Below are positions 59,562 to 64,000 of a DNA stretch of 64,000 nt, one piece after another. The position numbers were made by a program, and so were the translations under genes. The stretch comes from Microbacterium sp. GTDB lineage: Bacteria > Actinomycetota > Actinomycetes > Actinomycetales > Microbacteriaceae. Under the pieces are notes generated by a model. It was given only the letters and a program-made list of their open reading frames with translations. It was not told where the DNA came from and searched no databases. The number at the start of each line of letters is the position of its first letter. Within the stretch, counting starts at the first letter, position 1. The stretch spans positions 1,605 to 65,604 of the forward strand of contig NZ_JBQDVP010000007.1 in NCBI RefSeq assembly GCF_052102115.1, read 5' to 3'.

Positions 59562-60780
59562 CGCGGGGCGCCCTTCGCTAGGGCGAAGCTGTCGAGAGGG
59601 AGGGCGCAGTCACGGAGGAATTCGTCGGCCAGCGCGATGTAGCGTCGAGAGGAGTCAATGCTGGCGTGACCGAGCACCTGCGCCGTCAGCGCCAGCTCGG
59701 CTCCGGACTCGATCAGGCGGGTGCCCGTCGTGCGCCGCAGCGCGTGGGACGTCTTACCGTCATGTGCGCGGTGCGACACGCCTTGGCAAGCCACCGGCGC
59801 ATGATGAGAGCCCCCGTTGGCCCGGTCAGCTTCGTGAACGGCGCGTAGAGACGGACGAATACCTCGGGCGCATCGCTATCGGGTCTTCCGTGCAGGAGCC
59901 AGTCCGCGATCGCGTTGCCGGCGTCCGCCGACAGTGGCAGTGTCAACGGCGCCGAGGTCTTATTCTGCACCAGGCGGATCTCATCGTTGTGCCAGTCGAT
60001 CTGGTTGAGCCGGAGTGACACGATGTCGCAGCAGCGAAGCCCGGTCGACAGCGCCAACCGGACCATCGCGTAGTCCCTCTTCCCGCGGGGGGTTGCGGTC
60101 TCGATCGCGCTGACGAGCCGGTCAGCCTCCTCGGGGGTGAAGCAGGGTAGCGCACGCGTCCGTCTCGGCCCGACCCGCGCCAGCAGGGCATCGACCTTCA
60201 ATTCGGTCAGCCGCTGATGGTTCAGGAACTGGAGGAACCGCTTGATGGCCCACACCGTGTTTCCCATGCCCGATGCGTGACGCGGCCTCGCTTCGACGAG
60301 AAATGCTCGGACATCGTCGACAGAGACCGATTCGAGCGAACGGCCGACGCGGTCCAGATAACCCATGAATCCGCGGGCTTCACTGACCACATCGCGCACC
60401 GAGCCAGGCGCGAGTTCCTTCTGCACGTGCTGAGCGAAGCCGCTGAGAACCACCGTGGCAGACGCGCTCAGGCTCGATGCTGGCCTTCGTCGTTTCCATA
60501 CGACCGCGCCGGTCCGCTGGAACTCCAGCATCAGCCGGGCAATCTTCTCCAAGTTCGATCGCAGCCCAGCGTGGATCTCACCTCGGCGCACTCGATCATC
60601 CATTGCCGCGAGGAACTCCTCCACGGCCCGCTCGGTCAGCTGATCGATTCCTCGGCTGTGCGAGAACCGCATCACGGTCCAGCAGCAGCTCCGGTAGTAC
60701 CGGATCGAGCCGGGCGCCAGGCCGATGCGCGTGGCCTCTGCCAACACGCCCTCGGCAACCCAAGATGGTTCGTCATTCAC
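59558..60780 (-). pseudogene. Tyrosine recombinase, first gene of the RIT trio (RitA-like), frameshifted
   Basis: TGLRCCDI and QNKT are in one frame, while SHALRRT and VLGH....RRY are in another; shift near 59779-59790. Confidence 0.8.
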
Positions 60781-60956
60781 GACCCAACCTCCTGTCGGAC
60801 GGCGTCGCGGCCGCTCCAAAGACGGTCGCGACACGCACCACAATCCCGCGGAAAGGTGCCGACGACTACCCGTTCCGTCGGCTTCTGAGGCGCATGCGGA
60901 TTATTCCGAGCCAGACAGGTGGCTGCACCATGCCCCAGGAGCCCGTCAGGCAGTCG

Positions 60957-60985
60957 TCGGAATAATCCGAGAATCGGAACAATCG
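60957..60985 (-). repeat. Right terminal inverted repeat
   Basis: TCGGAATAATCCGAGAATCGGAACAATCG, exact complement of the left IR. Confidence 0.95.
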
Positions 60986-61014
60986 ACATTATGCCGAGGT
61001 CGGCATAACGTCGA
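60983..61014. repeat. Palindrome TCGAC-A-TTATGCCGA-GG-TCGGCATAA-C-GTCGA outside the right IR
   Basis: 14 of 15 arm positions are complementary; core motif resembles the IR motifs. Confidence 0.9.
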
Positions 61015-61360
61015 CCTGCTGTTCTTCCACGTCGAGCAGTTGAGGTACGTCGTGATCGAGCTTAAGGTCAGCAAGTTTGAGCCACGTGACGCCGGACAGA
61101 TCGGGTTCTATGTTGCGCTCGTCGACGACCGCCTCCGGATCACCGAGAAGCACCAGCCAACCATCGGGATCCTGCTCGTCGCCGACAAGAACGACACTGT
61201 CGTCCGTTACGCGCTCGCTGGCGCTGCCCAGCCGGTCGCGGTGAGCAGGTACGAGCTCACTCCGGAAACGCAGAAGGCGCTGCCGGATGAAGAGACGATC
61301 ACGCGGGCGTTCGAGGACGAGCTCGCGCTTGAGGCCTCTGCCGATGATGACGACGACTGA
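61010..61360 (+). pseudogene. YhcG/DUF1016 nuclease, C-terminal fragment
   Basis: VDLLFFH...YVVIELK...F.PRDAGQIGFY...PTIGILL...VRYAL; continues the 37564-37993 fragment. Confidence 0.88.
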
Positions 61361-61364
61361 GCTA

Positions 61365-61491
61365 TGAACCGTCCCAGGTTCTGTGCCGCTTCTATGCGGG
61401 GAGCGGCTCTCGGGTGAGGGCCGCGTAGTAGGTCGCCTCGTATTCGTCGGGGCTGACCATGCCGAGGCTACCGTGGAGCCTGCGGTTGTTG
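61365..61491 (-). mobile_element. IS3-family right-end stub
   Basis: TGAACCGTCCCAGG terminus; minus-strand NNRRLHGSLGMVSPDEYEATYY is an IS3 transposase C-terminus. Confidence 0.75.
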
Positions 61492-62942
61492 GCCGTATTC
61501 AACCGGTCGTCGCAACGATTGTTTGTTGGGTCGATCGTAGTAGCTCTTCGAAGGCCTCGGCGGGGGTGCGCCAGTCGAGGATTTCTCTCGGGCGGTTGTT
61601 GATCGCGTCCGCGACGGCGGTGATCTCTGCCGCGTTCCACCGGGAGAGATCTGTGCCCTTGGGGAAGTACTGGCGTAGGAGTCCGTTGAGGTGCTCGTTG
61701 CTGCCGCGCTGCCGGGGGCTTTTCGGATCGGCGAAATAGACCGGCAGCCCGATCTCAGTCGTAAGCAATCGGTGCGCGGAGAGCTCTTTGCCGCGATCCC
61801 AGGTCAGCGAACGACGTAATGCCGCCGGTAGCGTGGAGAACGTCGCAGTGAGGGCGTTCTTCGTCGTGATCGCTCCATACCCCGTCAGCGCCGGGCCATT
61901 TTTCCGTGGTGGGATGATCCCGTATCCGGCCTGACGTGGAAGATGAACGAGCATCGCGAATCGAGTGGTCCGATCCACGAGCGTGGCGATCGCGGAGCGC
62001 TTCAACCCGATGATGAGGTCTCCTTCCCAATGCCCTGCAGTTTTGCGATCCGTTGCCTCCTTCGGACGCTTCGATAGCACCGTGTCCTCGGTGACGTGAG
62101 CCCACGCCTGCTGCCTGGTCCGTGCCCTTGGCATGCGCTTGGTTCGTCCTCGACGTAGATGCCAGGACCGATGCCGCTCCAGTCCTCCGCGCGCTTCGAC
62201 GTAGAGGGCCTGATAGATCGCTTCGTGCGAGATCCGCATCGAAGGATCGCCGGGGAAATCGATCGGTAGCCGCTTGGCGATCTGCCGTGGACTCCACGCC
62301 GTCACCCACTCCCGATCCCCGCGATGCGGTTTGTTCTTCCCATCCCAGGCAGGCCCGACCGGCCCGATCCGTGTGCCGTCCGCAGCGAAGAGGCTGCCGC
62401 TGAGCTTGTCCTGGACGTAAGTGCGCAGCGCATCGTGGGCGACGAGCTTCGCGGTCTTCGGCCTGCGTGCACGACGCTCCGCATGCCACTGCGCCGTCGA
62501 CGCCTTGTACTCGAGCCGATACGTACGCGTGGACGCATTGCGCCGCAACTCCCGCGAGATCGTCGATGGCGCACGCCCCAAGCGTCCGGCGATCTCACGC
62601 ACGCCAGCTCCTTGCGCACGCCACAGCGCGATGTTCTCACGTTCTGACGGCGACAGATATCGACCAGACACGGTGGGAGGCAATTGTGGATTCACTCCAC
62701 CAGCGTCGCGGAACCACCGGTGCGCGACCGGTTCCGAAACACCCGCAGCCGCCCCCGCCTCGCGTGTCTTCTTCCCCGCAGCGATCGCCACCCAAAACTG
62801 CACCCGATCCTGCCGCCACGCGACGCTCGGCCGACCAGGAGACACGATCTGCCCTCGATATGCCCGGACCTGCTTCTGCTTGTCCCACACGCTCATCCGA
62901 TACCCCGATTCGCCGGTGTTGCGACGACCGGTTGAATACGGC
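61492..62942 (-). mobile_element. IS30-family insertion sequence (~1.45 kb)
   Basis: Perfect 25-bp IRs (61492-61516 / 62918-62942) enclosing a transposase. Confidence 0.92.
61499..62896 (-). CDS. IS30 transposase
   Basis: HTH (GRAPSTISRELRRN), ISHEAIYQALY, WEGDLI, TWDRGKE and QRGSNEHLNGLLRQYFPK (DDE). Confidence 0.92.
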   Translation of the reverse strand: MSVWDKQKQVRAYRGQIVSPGRPSVAWRQDRVQFWVAIAAGKKTREAGAAAGVSEPVAHRWFRDAGGVNPQLPPTVSGRYLSPSERENIALWRAQGAGVREIAGRLGRAPSTISRELRRNASTRTYRLEYKASTAQWHAERRARRPKTAKLVAHDALRTYVQDKLSGSLFAADGTRIGPVGPAWDGKNKPHRGDREWVTAWSPRQIAKRLPIDFPGDPSMRISHEAIYQALYVEARGGLERHRSWHLRRGRTKRMPRARTRQQAWAHVTEDTVLSKRPKEATDRKTAGHWEGDLIIGLKRSAIATLVDRTTRFAMLVHLPRQAGYGIIPPRKNGPALTGYGAITTKNALTATFSTLPAALRRSLTWDRGKELSAHRLLTTEIGLPVYFADPKSPRQRGSNEHLNGLLRQYFPKGTDLSRWNAAEITAVADAINNRPREILDWRTPAEAFEELLRSTQQTIVATTG

Positions 62943-63328
62943 TGAGCCACCAGCTGCAGGGGCCGCGCGCCGGGCTCATCAATGAGGAGTGGGACAACGC
63001 ATTCCTCGACCATCTCATCGAAGACCCGCTGGGGCTGACCGAGTGGCAGCACATGGAGTACGTCGATGAGGCAGGTTCCGAGGGGATCGAACTCGTGGAC
63101 TGGCTGATCGCGCGCGGCGCAATGGATGACCAGTTCGGCGGTGAGGACCCCTCGACGGATCACCGGTTCTATCACGTGCCGGCATCCAACACTGCTGTCG
63201 GCCATCTCGTCATGAGCAACCCGGTCGGCAAGACGGACTTCATCGCAGACGACGCGGACGTCGCTGAGCCCGCAGGCCAGGCGTCCGCCCCCGAGCCCGC
63301 GGAGACCGCGGCCGTGGCGAACGCCTGA
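62943..63328 (+). pseudogene. ligB: Protocatechuate 4,5-dioxygenase beta subunit, 5'-truncated
   Basis: SHQLQGPRAGLINEEWD...EAGSEGIEL..WL.ARGA...YHVPASNTAVGH begins right at the IS30 end. Confidence 0.85.
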
Positions 63329-63361
63329 CATCCTGATACCGGACTGCGAAAGGAACAGCGA

Positions 63362-64000
63362 ATGAGCGACAAGATCCGCATCGCCGTCGTCGGCGCCAAC
63401 GGCGCCTTCGGCATGAAGCACCTCGACGGCCTTCAGAACATCGAGGACGCCGAGGTGACGGTCGTGGCCGCCACCTCGCAGGGGAAGGCGGATGCGGTCG
63501 CGGCGCAGTACGGCGTCCCGAACGCGGTTGTCGGTCTCGAGGGCGTTCTCGAGCGTGACGACGTGGATGCCGTGATCCTCGCCACCCCGACAGGGCTCCA
63601 CGCCTCGCAGACGCAGGCTGTGCTCGCCGCCGGCAAGCACGTGCAGGTCGAGATTCCGTTGGCCGATTCGCTGGCGGATGCCGAGGCCACCCTCGCTGCG
63701 GCGGACGCGGCTGAAGCGGCGAACCTGGTCGCGATGGTCGGGCACACGCGCCGGTTCAACCCCTCGCACCAGCTCGTGCACGACAGGATCACCGCGGGCG
63801 AGTTCAACGTGCAGCAGATGGACGTGCAGACGTACTTCTTCCGCCGCACGAACACCAACGCCAAGGGCGAGGCGCGGTCGTGGACCGACCACTTGCTGTG
63901 GCACCACGCCGCGCACACCGTCGACCTGTTCGCCTACCAGGCGGGCAAGATCGTCGAGGCGCACGCCGTCCAGGGTCCGATCCACCCCGAGCTACGGATC
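63362..64000 (+). CDS. ligC: 4-carboxy-2-hydroxymuconate-6-semialdehyde dehydrogenase (Gfo/Idh/MocA), runs off the window end
   Basis: KHVQVEIPLAD, GHTRRFNPSHQ, MDVQTYFFRR and SWTDHLLWHHAAHTVDLF motifs. Confidence 0.88.
   Translation, partial: MSDKIRIAVVGANGAFGMKHLDGLQNIEDAEVTVVAATSQGKADAVAAQYGVPNAVVGLEGVLERDDVDAVILATPTGLHASQTQAVLAAGKHVQVEIPLADSLADAEATLAAADAAEAANLVAMVGHTRRFNPSHQLVHDRITAGEFNVQQMDVQTYFFRRTNTNAKGEARSWTDHLLWHHAAHTVDLFAYQAGKIVEAHAVQGPIHPELRI

Noticed and set aside
60725-61009. N-terminal part of the 211-aa ORF as real DUF1016 sequence
   Set aside because: It is read through the RIT right end and IR. Homology begins only at 61010.
61490-62944. TG on both sides of IS30 as a true target-site duplication
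   Set aside because: The two flanks derive from different genes (IS3 tnp and ligB), so it cannot be a simple insertion TSD. It may be chance or target preference.
61499-63985. 828-aa minus-strand ORF as one giant transposase
   Set aside because: Only the part from ATG 62896 is IS30-like. The upstream part lies outside the IR and is the antisense of ligB/ligC.

Overview
High-GC actinobacterial chromosome window, probably Microbacteriaceae (inferred from gene content and the GTCGTTGAGCGA-type interspersed repeats). Positions 1-21 kb are mostly core genes: an aminotransferase, a 2-oxoacid dehydrogenase E1a/E1b/E2 operon, a Zur-boxed Zn ABC operon, mpg, rpmB-rpmG-rpsN, hup, a CopD/CtaG fusion, a Pif1/RecD-like helicase and an IdeR-boxed heme oxygenase. 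Positions 21-37.5 kb are accessory sugar genes: a GH3, and a LacI-controlled ABC + GH130 + phosphomannomutase + sortase-anchored glycoside hydrolase locus. The main finding is a ~23 kb element (37994-61009) bounded by perfect 29-bp inverted repeats. It splits a YhcG/DUF1016 nuclease gene between DDFF and VDLLFFH. It carries a recombinase-in-trio (RIT) module at one end and a ~18 kb aromatic meta-cleavage cargo (three extradiol dioxygenases, both lower branches, an ABC importer, two PadR and one IclR regulator with recognisable shared operators). To its right are an IS3 stub, an intact IS30 element and a decapitated protocatechuate 4,5-dioxygenase ligB followed by ligC. All coordinates were counted by hand, and no database searches were run.
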